Origin: Patescibacteria group bacterium
GTDB taxonomy: Bacteria > Patescibacteriota > Patescibacteriia > UBA9570
NCBI GenBank assembly: GCA_041660305.1
Contig: JBAZWO010000002.1
Location: 132,739 to 196,738, forward strand
DNA length: 64,000 bases
Direction of reading: 5' to 3'
The first letter of the stretch is position 1; each line of letters opens with the position of its first letter. The position numbers and the translations under genes were made by a program. Positions 24,769-32,793 of the stretch are shown here, piece after piece. The notes beneath the pieces were generated by a model. It had not been told where the DNA came from and did no database searches. It worked only from the letters and a program-made list of their open reading frames with translations.

Positions 24769-24984
24769 TTCCAAAAAAAGAAAAGCCGAAGCCCGCGCGG
24801 ATTTCTCCCCATACCCCTCCTCCGCGCGGGCGAGTCCATCACTCCGCCTCATTAACCCCCAGAAAATTAGTGGCGGAGTGCGTATTGCGGTTTTCCCCGC
24901 ACTTTCCATTTTGGAAAAGCTCTGTGCTTCGCACAGAGGCGCGTAGCGCGCGTGGAAACGCTAGTCCTTTAATTTTTGCTGGAA
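24769..24984. ncRNA. GC-rich multi-hairpin element, candidate structured RNA of unknown class
   Basis: Hairpins at 24791-24831 (11-bp GC stem), 24840-24880 (CACTCCGCC/GGCGGAGTG) and 24920-24938 (CTCTGTGC-ttc-GCACAGAG). The ends (24769-24785 and 24966-24984) are largely complementary. About two-thirds G+C in an AT-rich genome. Confidence 0.4.
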
Positions 24985-25024
24985 AAAAGTTCGCGCAAAT
25001 GCTACAATAACACCACTATAATAT

Positions 25025-25666
25025 ATGATACCAGTGCCTGAAATTTACTCTGATCATTCTAAAGTTAAAAAAAATCTTTTTAGTTGGATAAAAAAAGTAA
25101 CAATTATTTTAGGAATCCTGTTTATAGTGGCGTTATTATTATTTTTGATATTATCAAAAAATCAAACTTTTCCTGTATTAGATAGTAATATATGTGAACA
25201 AGATTGGTTTTTAGATCAGTTGGCTTTAAAAACAAAGGGCTCTTGTCATAATTATAATACTGAGCGTTTTATAATAGATGGTAAACCGTATGATTTTATA
25301 GATGCTAGTTATAATACCGGTATGGATTGTGAATCCGGTTGTATTACAGAGCATTATTATGGCTTAGTAGATTTATTTTCTAGGCAGTTGTATGATTTTT
25401 TTGAATTGAAGAATCCATTTGAAATTATGCGTTATGGTAAATGTGCTTCGTTTTTGTACGAGCAAAATTTTATACCATACTACGAGCGACGGATTATAAA
25501 AAAAGATCAACAATTCTATTGGGAGTTAGTGTTTAATAATTTTGATCCTAGCAAAGTTGGTACTAATCCAAATAATGAGGCTAGTTGTAACATTAATGGT
25601 AGCTTAATTATAAAATCTTTTGAGAACGATTTTGATAGTAGTCAGCTTATTATTTTGCCGCAATGA
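25025..25666 (+). CDS. hypothetical membrane-anchored Cys-containing protein
   Basis: 213 aa with one N-terminal TM helix. No recognisable domain. Confidence 0.45.
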   Translation: MIPVPEIYSDHSKVKKNLFSWIKKVTIILGILFIVALLLFLILSKNQTFPVLDSNICEQDWFLDQLALKTKGSCHNYNTERFIIDGKPYDFIDASYNTGMDCESGCITEHYYGLVDLFSRQLYDFFELKNPFEIMRYGKCASFLYEQNFIPYYERRIIKKDQQFYWELVFNNFDPSKVGTNPNNEASCNINGSLIIKSFENDFDSSQLIILPQ

Positions 25667-26940
25667 AAACTAATCTTATAAAAATCGATAAACTAGTGTT
25701 CGGTGGGCAGGGGCTTGGCCATGTGGATGGTAAGGCCTGTTTTGTGTGGAACGCGTTACCGGGGGAAACGGTGGAAATGGAGCCGGTGAGAAAACGGAAG
25801 GATATTATAGAAGCGGTGGCTACTAATATTGTTCAGGCTTCGCCGGATAGAACAGCGGCTAAAGAAGCGCATTTTTTATCGTGCAGTCCGTGGCAAATTT
25901 TAACGCCAGAACAGGAAACCTATTGGAAACAGCAATTAGCGCTGGAAACTTATCAACATATTGGTAAATTAGATATCAAACAAATTGAGTTAGTGGATGA
26001 TGCCAGTAATTATTATGGTTACCGCAATAAAATGGAATTTAGTTTTGCGGAATTGACTGACGGCACAATTACGCTGGCTTTGTTTGAACGCGGCAAAAAA
26101 GTGCGTACTAGTATTCCTGGCTGTATATTAGCTTCGGCTAATATTAATACTTGTGCCCAAACTATTTTAATCTGGATTAATCAGCAGCATATTCCGATTC
26201 GTTCCTTAAAAACATTAATTATTCGAAGCAATCAAGCTGGCGAAGTATTAGCTGCTTTATTTATTAAAGATCGTTTAACATTTGATAATTTACCAATTAT
26301 TACCAAACCATTAACTGGTTTATATATTTATTATTCCACGCACAAAAGCCCGGCTTCAGTTCCAACAGAATTGTTATATCAAATCGGTGATACGGCGCTT
26401 ACCGAAACATTAAATGATTACAAGTTGCAATATGGTGTGTTTAGCTTTTTTCAGGTTAATTTACCAATTTTTACTCAAGCTTTAAAAACAATTAGTGAGT
26501 ATTTAGAACCAAACACTCCGTTATTGGATTATTATTGTGGCGTTGGTGCTATTAGTATTGCGTTAGTGAAACACTGTGCCAGCGCTATATTAGTAGATAA
26601 TAATGCCGAAGCGATTAGTTTTGCGCAAAAAAATATTGAGCACAATAAATTACATAATTACACGGCCCAGTGTTTACCGGCAGAGCAATTATTGGACGTG
26701 ATTACTAGCACACATATTATGATAGTGGATCCACCGCGAGCTGGCTTGCACACTAAGTTAATCGAAACTATTTTAACCAAAAAACCACAACGTTTAATTT
26801 ATTTATCATGTAATTTAGCTACGCAAGCGCGCGATATTAATTTGCTTGATTCTGGTTATTCAGTAAAATCACTAAAATTATTTAATTTTTTTCCACGGAC
26901 ACCGCATATTGAAGGATTGTGTATCTTAGAGACAAGATAA
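25663..26940 (+). CDS. SAM-dependent RNA (uracil-5-)-methyltransferase, TrmA/RlmD family
   Basis: N-terminal TRAM-like beta domain. FFQVN, SAM motif LLDYYCGVGAISIAL, DPPRAG, and catalytic region YLSCN..R. Confidence 0.8.
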   Translation: MKTNLIKIDKLVFGGQGLGHVDGKACFVWNALPGETVEMEPVRKRKDIIEAVATNIVQASPDRTAAKEAHFLSCSPWQILTPEQETYWKQQLALETYQHIGKLDIKQIELVDDASNYYGYRNKMEFSFAELTDGTITLALFERGKKVRTSIPGCILASANINTCAQTILIWINQQHIPIRSLKTLIIRSNQAGEVLAALFIKDRLTFDNLPIITKPLTGLYIYYSTHKSPASVPTELLYQIGDTALTETLNDYKLQYGVFSFFQVNLPIFTQALKTISEYLEPNTPLLDYYCGVGAISIALVKHCASAILVDNNAEAISFAQKNIEHNKLHNYTAQCLPAEQLLDVITSTHIMIVDPPRAGLHTKLIETILTKKPQRLIYLSCNLATQARDINLLDSGYSVKSLKLFNFFPRTPHIEGLCILETR

Positions 26941-27590
26941 TAAATTAGCTTTCCTTGTTTGCGCCAACGTTGTTCATAATCAGTAATAATTTGTAGGCGA
27001 GGATCGGTGTTTATAATGCTATCAACGTTGTTAGTGCTGGTAATAATAGTACCGTGTAAAGCTTTAATATTGATAATAGCAGCATTAAATAATTCTACAC
27101 TATCAGTTTTTAAGTGAATGCAACCGATTGGTTTTAATAAACGTTGGTAAAGCAGCAAATAATTTGGATTAGTTAAGCGGTGCTTGGCTTGACGAGGTTT
27201 TAATAGAGGATCGGGAAATGTGATCCAGATTTCATTAACAGAATGATCAGGAATAAAATCAGGCAAGCGTTCAATGTCGGTAGCAATAAACGATACGTTA
27301 GTTAATTTTTGTTCCAAGGCCAGTGTGGCGGCGCGATAAATGCGATCGCGTTTCCGATCCACGCCTATAAAATATTGCTCGGGATATAATTTAGCCAAAG
27401 CTAGCGTGTAAGCGGCTTTACCACAGGCCAGTTCTAATACTAAGTCCCCCAGCCCCCTAAAGGGGGAGTAATTTTCCCCCTGCCCTTTAGGGAAGGGGGA
27501 TAGGGGGAAAGGCCGGGGGTCGGGGGGCCTAGTGATTACATTCGGTAATTTACTACAAGCTATAATATGGTTTAATTTTTGGCGTGACAT
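26856..27590 (-). CDS. trmB: tRNA (guanine46-N7)-methyltransferase with an in-frame GC-rich insertion
   Basis: LELACGKAAY (SAM motif), IGVD, ITFPDPLLKPRQAKHRL, LKTD. N-terminal Pro/Gly-rich segment encoded by 27445-27530. Confidence 0.8.
   Translation of the reverse strand: MSRQKLNHIIACSKLPNVITRPPDPRPFPLSPFPKGQGENYSPFRGLGDLVLELACGKAAYTLALAKLYPEQYFIGVDRKRDRIYRAATLALEQKLTNVSFIATDIERLPDFIPDHSVNEIWITFPDPLLKPRQAKHRLTNPNYLLLYQRLLKPIGCIHLKTDSVELFNAAIINIKALHGTIITSTNNVDSIINTDPRLQIITDYEQRWRKQGKLIYYLVSKIHNPSICGVRGKKLNNFSDFTE
27445..27530. repeat. GC-rich palindromic segment translated in frame within trmB
   Basis: gtcccccagCCCCCtaaaGGGGGagtaattttCCCCCtgCCCtttaGGGaaGGGGGataGGGGGaaaggccgggggtcggggggcc. 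Contains multiple short G5/C5 hairpins and contrasts sharply with the AT-rich flanks. Confidence 0.6.
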
Positions 27591-27625
27591 AATCTTGAAT
27601 TGTTTGCTATTATACAGGATAGCTT

Positions 27626-28471
27626 ATGTCACAATATTATCAAGCCAAACGAAAAACGAATTTGTATCAGCCGGGTAGTGCACAACCGTTTAAATTAAGC
27701 CGGTCTAAGATAGATTTGTTTTTACAGTGCCCGCGCTGTTTTTATTTAGATAGAAAATTAGGGGTAGCGCGGCCACCGGGGTTTCCGTTTAATTTAAACA
27801 GCGCTGTAGATACGTTATTAAAAAAAGAGTTCGATGTGCATCGACAGCAACAAACACCGCATCCATTAATGGAACATTATGGTGTAAAGGCCGTACCGTT
27901 TCAACACCATAAAATGAACGAGTGGCGTGAAAATTTTAAAGGCGTGCAATTTCATCATTTAGCTACTAATTTTATTATTACCGGTGCGGTGGATGATATT
28001 TGGGTAACGCCACAGCAAGAATTAATGGTAGTGGATTATAAAGCTACTAGTAAGGCTGGCACGGTGAATCTGGATGCTGAGTGGCAAATTGGCTACAAGC
28101 GGCAAATGGAAGTATACCAGTGGTTATTGCGTAATAATGGTTTTAACGTTTCAGATACCGGTTATTTTGTGTATTGTAACGGCCAAACAGATCGGCCGGC
28201 GTTAGCGAATAAATTAGATTTTGAAATTATTTTGTTACCTTATCAAGGTAAGGCGCAGTGGGTAGAAGAAGTAATTACGCAAGCAGCGCAATGTTTAAAT
28301 AATCATGAGTTACCACAATCCGGTGCGCAGTGTGATTTTTGTGCTTATGTAGAGGCTAATCACGCAGTAACTAAACCAGTTACTAAAACAAAACGAGTAA
28401 CAAATAAAAAATCAGCTAATAAAACCAAACTAGTTGGCACAACAGGATTTAAACAGCGTTCCTTATTTTAA
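27626..28471 (+). CDS. PD-(D/E)XK nuclease, Cas4/RecB-like with Cys cluster
   Basis: N-terminal CPRCFY, core GAVDDIWV..MVVDYKA, QMEVYQWLL (QxxxY), C-terminal CDFCAY. This is a 4-Cys Fe-S-type arrangement. Confidence 0.65.
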   Translation: MSQYYQAKRKTNLYQPGSAQPFKLSRSKIDLFLQCPRCFYLDRKLGVARPPGFPFNLNSAVDTLLKKEFDVHRQQQTPHPLMEHYGVKAVPFQHHKMNEWRENFKGVQFHHLATNFIITGAVDDIWVTPQQELMVVDYKATSKAGTVNLDAEWQIGYKRQMEVYQWLLRNNGFNVSDTGYFVYCNGQTDRPALANKLDFEIILLPYQGKAQWVEEVITQAAQCLNNHELPQSGAQCDFCAYVEANHAVTKPVTKTKRVTNKKSANKTKLVGTTGFKQRSLF

Positions 28472-28481
28472 TAGTATTATT

Positions 28482-29198
28482 ATGAAACGGGTTTTAGTAA
28501 TATTGGGAATTATTATCATTATAGCGGCGATATTTTTTGTTACGATCGGCAAACCAGTGGCTATTAAATTATTAAATCGTAATACAGCAGCCGAGCATGT
28601 AGTGCTTGTACCAGGTTACGGTGCGCCGGTATCTGGTAATAAAACATATGAGGGCTATATTGAAAATGTAGCTAATTATGTGTTTATGAAAGAAAATCAG
28701 GTAACAGTAGTTATTTTTACCGGTAGTTATTCGGTGTTATCAGAATTATCTGAAGCCGAGGCCATGAACCAGTATTTTAATAGTAGTTTGGATATTACAG
28801 CGTTACAACAACGTGGTGTGCGCGTGTACCAAGAACGTTGTGCCATTACCTCGGCACAGAATATTTCATATAGTAAAGATTTATTAGATGAACATAAAAT
28901 TTTTCCAGAGCGAGTAACTATTTTTGGTGACAGTGCGCACAAAGATAAATTAGTAGCCACTGCCGAATATGAATTTAGCGGTGCAAGCATTGATTTTCAA
29001 GGTTATAGCCTAGGGGCGCAGGCTAATTTATTAACGGATGTAAAAGATTTAACAGAATTGGTTACCGGCTATGATTCGGCTAAGAATTACAATAAGGTTT
29101 TGCAAGAACGAATTAAACAATGGTCGACTAGTTATCATTATGATGTAGCGGCTAATTTAGTAGCTAAAGGCTGTACACAATATAAAGGCTTTCAATAG
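28482..29198 (+). CDS. membrane-anchored DUF218/YdcF-like protein
   Basis: ATG 28482 (MKRVLVILGIIIII) preferred over the 28434 ORF start. VVLVPGYGAP..FTGS pattern. Family assignment is weak. Confidence 0.35.
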   Translation: MKRVLVILGIIIIIAAIFFVTIGKPVAIKLLNRNTAAEHVVLVPGYGAPVSGNKTYEGYIENVANYVFMKENQVTVVIFTGSYSVLSELSEAEAMNQYFNSSLDITALQQRGVRVYQERCAITSAQNISYSKDLLDEHKIFPERVTIFGDSAHKDKLVATAEYEFSGASIDFQGYSLGAQANLLTDVKDLTELVTGYDSAKNYNKVLQERIKQWSTSYHYDVAANLVAKGCTQYKGFQ

Positions 29199-29201
29199 TA
29201 C

Positions 29202-29230
29202 TAGACAAAATATCAAAATATTGTTATAAT
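29202..29230 (+). promoter_or_regulatory. sigma70-like promoter (TAGACA-17-TATAAT), -10 ends 7 nt before the ATG
   Basis: TAGACA 29202-29207, TATAAT 29225-29230, ATG 29238. No SD. Confidence 0.45.
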
Positions 29231-29237
29231 TATAAAC

Positions 29238-30842
29238 ATGGCTAATACCAGTTATACTATCCCAGTATCTATTCAGCGCTTAATTAAAAGCTATACAAAA
29301 CAGCGGCATGAACACGATCAGTTAGAACACGTGCCTAAGGTTAAGGTACGTCAAGCGATTGGTAAAGTAGCGTTTTTTTATGAAAAGATTCGTAATGCGT
29401 TAGATTACAAAGAAGAAAATTTATTAATTAAAACCTCTATCGAGCGCATTATTCGGCGGCGGTTTGTAGCTGGAGCAGATTCTAGCACTATTGCCAAACC
29501 ATTGACAGTGGAATTGATTCGCAGCGGTTATGTAGCCAACCAATCATTACCGGAAGCAGTGTTGGAGGAAATTACCAAAGTGATTGTGAAATATGCGGAT
29601 TGTTTAAGTATAGCCACACCGCCTTTAGATCAGGCACAACGTGAAGAAGTGTTTGATTGGTTAGTGCGTTTGTTAGCGTGTGAAATTGCAGATATTATTG
29701 CTAGTAGTTCATCACAACAAGGTATGGTGGAATTCATGTATCTTACTATGCTAGAGCGGGTGGATATTTTGTCCGATAAAATTTCAGAAGATGAACGCAA
29801 AGTGCAAATTTATACAGCGGTGTTGCGTACTTATACTCAATACGACGCTGATTTAACTAGTTATCATTTACTGTGTTACTTTTATCCAGCTTGGCGCAAT
29901 AATCAAGCCACTACTATACAAACCGTAGCACAACATATTTTAAGTATTAAAACTACATTAGAAAAACAAATTCAACATCCGTTGCAAGAACGTTTAATTC
30001 GACAATTTAAAAAAATAAATATTTTGTTTGTTATTTTGCACGATGTGTTTGTACAGCAAAGTGATACATTAAGTTTATTACAACAACCTGATAAATTTGA
30101 TAATGCTGTGCAAACAGCGGTGCAAGAAAAATATAAAGAAATAAAGAGTAAATTACGTCGCCGTAGTGTGCGTAGTATTATTTACTTGTTTGCTACCAAA
30201 ATGGTCTTGGCCTTAGTAATTGAATTACCATATGATTTATATTTTCTTGGGGAAATTAATAAAATTCCATTATTAGTAAACGTGATTTTTCATCCATTAT
30301 TGTTGTTTGTAATTGCTTTGGCGGTACATATTCCAGCTAAAGAAAATACCCAGCGAATTAAAGAAGGGATTCGTGATTTGGTTTATAGATATAAAGGAAA
30401 AAATATCACTTATCGCATTCGACCAAAGACTAAGCGGCGGACGGTTGCTTCTATATTATTTCAATTATTGTATGGTGTTACGTTTATCATTACGTTTGGT
30501 TGTTTGATTGCTATTTTATACATGTTACATTTTAATTGGTTGGGCGGTTTATTATTTGTAACATTTTTAACATTAGTAAGTTTCTTTGGTTTACGGGTGC
30601 GGCAGTTAGCGCGTGATGTGGTGGTGCTAGATAGGGCAGATAACTTTTTTAGTGCGACCATTGATTTTTTTGCTATTCCAATTGTGCGGGCTGGACGTTG
30701 GTTATCAATTAAATTTTCTAAGATTAACGTATTTATTTTTGTGTTAGATGTAATTATTGAAGCGCCGTTCAAGTTAATTATTGATATTTTTGAACAGTGG
30801 ATGGAATATATTAGAGAGAAGCGGGAAGAAATTTATGATTAA
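29238..30842 (+). CDS. hypothetical protein with C-terminal polytopic membrane domain
   Basis: 534 aa. About 300-aa soluble N-terminal part followed by 5-6 TM helices. No motif recognised. Confidence 0.5.
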   Translation: MANTSYTIPVSIQRLIKSYTKQRHEHDQLEHVPKVKVRQAIGKVAFFYEKIRNALDYKEENLLIKTSIERIIRRRFVAGADSSTIAKPLTVELIRSGYVANQSLPEAVLEEITKVIVKYADCLSIATPPLDQAQREEVFDWLVRLLACEIADIIASSSSQQGMVEFMYLTMLERVDILSDKISEDERKVQIYTAVLRTYTQYDADLTSYHLLCYFYPAWRNNQATTIQTVAQHILSIKTTLEKQIQHPLQERLIRQFKKINILFVILHDVFVQQSDTLSLLQQPDKFDNAVQTAVQEKYKEIKSKLRRRSVRSIIYLFATKMVLALVIELPYDLYFLGEINKIPLLVNVIFHPLLLFVIALAVHIPAKENTQRIKEGIRDLVYRYKGKNITYRIRPKTKRRTVASILFQLLYGVTFIITFGCLIAILYMLHFNWLGGLLFVTFLTLVSFFGLRVRQLARDVVVLDRADNFFSATIDFFAIPIVRAGRWLSIKFSKINVFIFVLDVIIEAPFKLIIDIFEQWMEYIREKREEIYD

Positions 30843-31992
30843 ATTATCTAAGCGGATTAGTGCTGTTACTCCATCCGGTACCATTATGCTGGATCAATTA
30901 GCTAAACAATTAATTACTACTGGAAAACCAGTAATTAATTTAACCGCTGGTGAATTATCAAATAATCCAGATGCTCAAGTAATTACAGTGGCTCAACAAG
31001 CTTTACAGCAAGATTGCCATCATTATAGCGCTGTAGCAGGCATGCCATTATTACGTGAGGCAATAGCTAATTATTTACTTGAAACACAACAACTAGCATA
31101 TCAGCCTAATCAAATATTGATTACTAATGGCGTGAAACAAGCCATTTATACTTGTTTACAAGGCTTGTTAAATGAAGGTGATGAGGTGATTATTTTGTTA
31201 CCGGCGTGGGTAAGTTATATAGAACAAATTAAGTTAGCCGGTGGCAAACCAGTGTTCGTGCATACAACAGCAACATTTCATTTAGATAGTTCAGCTATAG
31301 CACGAGCTATTACACCTAAAACTAAAGGTGTTATTATAAATTCACCAAATAATCCAACCGGAGCAGTATATAGTAAATTTGAATTACAAGAATTAGTGCC
31401 TATTATTCAGCAACATCAGTTATGGGTATTGTCAGATGAAGTATATGAACAATTATATTTTACTAAAGAACACAAACCATGTTCTATTGCAACATTATTA
31501 CCAGATCAAACTATTATTGTGAATGGTATTTCAAAATGTAGTGCCATGACAGGGTGGCGCTTAGGTTTTATAGCCGCGCCGGTTTTTTTAATTAATGCGT
31601 TAACAGCCTTGCAAAGCCATTTATGTGGCAACGTGGCTAACATTGTGCAAATAGCAGCTAAAACGGCTATAACATTAATTCCAAAAACTAGTGCACGTTA
31701 TCGAGCTTCGTTAAATAAACAACGCACAGCGATTAAACAGTGGGTTAAACAAGAAACTCGTATTACACTCCAACTGCCACAAGGGGCTTTTTATGCATTT
31801 ATTAATATTACATCCGTTACAACCGATTCGGTAGTTTTTTGCGAGCGTTTATTAGCTAAATATCAAGTAGCATTAGTGCCGGGTAAATTTTTTGGTCAAG
31901 ATGGTTTTGTACGTTTATCATTTACCAAAGCTGTGCCAATGTTACAAACGGCCTTAGAGCGGTTAACGCAATGTTTGGATGATTATAAATAA
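30835..31992 (+). CDS. class I/II PLP-dependent aminotransferase (aspartate aminotransferase-like)
   Basis: ATG 30835 (MIKLSKRISAV) overlaps the upstream stop. PLP-Lys motif SKCSAMTGWRLGF, plus NSPNNPTG. Confidence 0.8.
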   Translation: MIKLSKRISAVTPSGTIMLDQLAKQLITTGKPVINLTAGELSNNPDAQVITVAQQALQQDCHHYSAVAGMPLLREAIANYLLETQQLAYQPNQILITNGVKQAIYTCLQGLLNEGDEVIILLPAWVSYIEQIKLAGGKPVFVHTTATFHLDSSAIARAITPKTKGVIINSPNNPTGAVYSKFELQELVPIIQQHQLWVLSDEVYEQLYFTKEHKPCSIATLLPDQTIIVNGISKCSAMTGWRLGFIAAPVFLINALTALQSHLCGNVANIVQIAAKTAITLIPKTSARYRASLNKQRTAIKQWVKQETRITLQLPQGAFYAFINITSVTTDSVVFCERLLAKYQVALVPGKFFGQDGFVRLSFTKAVPMLQTALERLTQCLDDYK

Positions 31993-32011
31993 TCTGCTAT
32001 AATATTATTCT

Positions 32012-32791
32012 ATGAATATTGCTATTTGTGGTTTAGAAAAAAATAATTTAGCTAGTTATTTAAAGAAACATTATTCTGGTAAATTCAATTTAGTTAAAAC
32101 TAATCCGGAATTTGTATTATGTTACGGTGGCGATGGCACGTTATTATTTGCTGAACGCAATTATCCGGGCGTACCAAAAGTAATGATTCGTAAAAGTCGG
32201 GTTTGTTATCATTGTGTTGATCTTACTAAAGAAACCATCTTACGGCTGTTATTGAACAAACAATATCGTTTACAAACACATCAATTATTACAAGCTACTG
32301 CTTGCGGCAAAACATTATATGGCTTAAATGATATCGTGGTTGGACACCGGTCGATTAATACCGGCTTGCGTTTTAAAGTATATTTAGATGGTGAACAATA
32401 TGGCCGAGAATTTTTGGGCGATGGTGTGGTAGTAGCTACACCAATCGGTAGCACCGGTTATTATCAAAGCATTACACGCAGTACGTTTCAGCGTGGTTTA
32501 GGCATTGCGTTTAATAACGCTATTAATAATATTGGACATCTAGTGATTGATCCTAAAATAGAAATCATGGTAAAAGTAACTCGCGAACCAGCCGTAGTAA
32601 CAGCGGATAATAATCAAAAAATGATTAATATTCAAGCTGGTGACAAAGTGGTTATAAAACTAGCTAAGCAGCGTTCAACTAAAATTGTGTATTTTCCCGG
32701 AAAACATTACAAACCGTTTAACCTTGGTTTAAATGAGGATAGAGTGCCGTTAGGGTATTGTCAGGTGTGCTCTAAACTATTTAATGATTAA
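32012..32791 (+). CDS. nadK: NAD+ kinase
   Basis: GGDGTLL motif, ATPIGSTGY motif. Confidence 0.85.
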   Translation: MNIAICGLEKNNLASYLKKHYSGKFNLVKTNPEFVLCYGGDGTLLFAERNYPGVPKVMIRKSRVCYHCVDLTKETILRLLLNKQYRLQTHQLLQATACGKTLYGLNDIVVGHRSINTGLRFKVYLDGEQYGREFLGDGVVVATPIGSTGYYQSITRSTFQRGLGIAFNNAINNIGHLVIDPKIEIMVKVTREPAVVTADNNQKMINIQAGDKVVIKLAKQRSTKIVYFPGKHYKPFNLGLNEDRVPLGYCQVCSKLFND

Positions 32792-32793
32792 AC

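Noticed and set aside
24769-24984. Tested the GC-rich element against remembered signatures of RNase P RNA, SRP (4.5S) RNA, tmRNA, 6S RNA, T-box leaders and the cobalamin, TPP and guanidine riboswitch cores.
   Set aside because: None of the diagnostic motifs is present: GGAAAGTCC, GGAAGCAGCC, a tag ORF plus tRNA-like ends, or the T-box GGTGGTACCGCG. A GCCACTA next to a GGGGAAAACCGC hairpin vaguely recalls cobalamin riboswitches, but the rest does not fit and the genetic context does not support it.
24759-25010. 83-aa ORF (TTG start) across the GC-rich element.
   Set aside because: Non-ATG start, no SD, and a Pro/Arg/Ser-rich translation typical of random GC-rich sequence. The DNA is almost entirely hairpin-forming, so an RNA or structural element is the better explanation.
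22988-25024. Integrative element at tRNA-Val: searched for an integrase and for a direct repeat of the tRNA 3' end.
   Set aside because: No integrase- or recombinase-like ORF was found. The only echo of the tRNA 3' end (GTTCGCGC ... CACCAC at 24989-25016) is short, differently spaced and unconvincing. The segment is kept only as a compositional islet.
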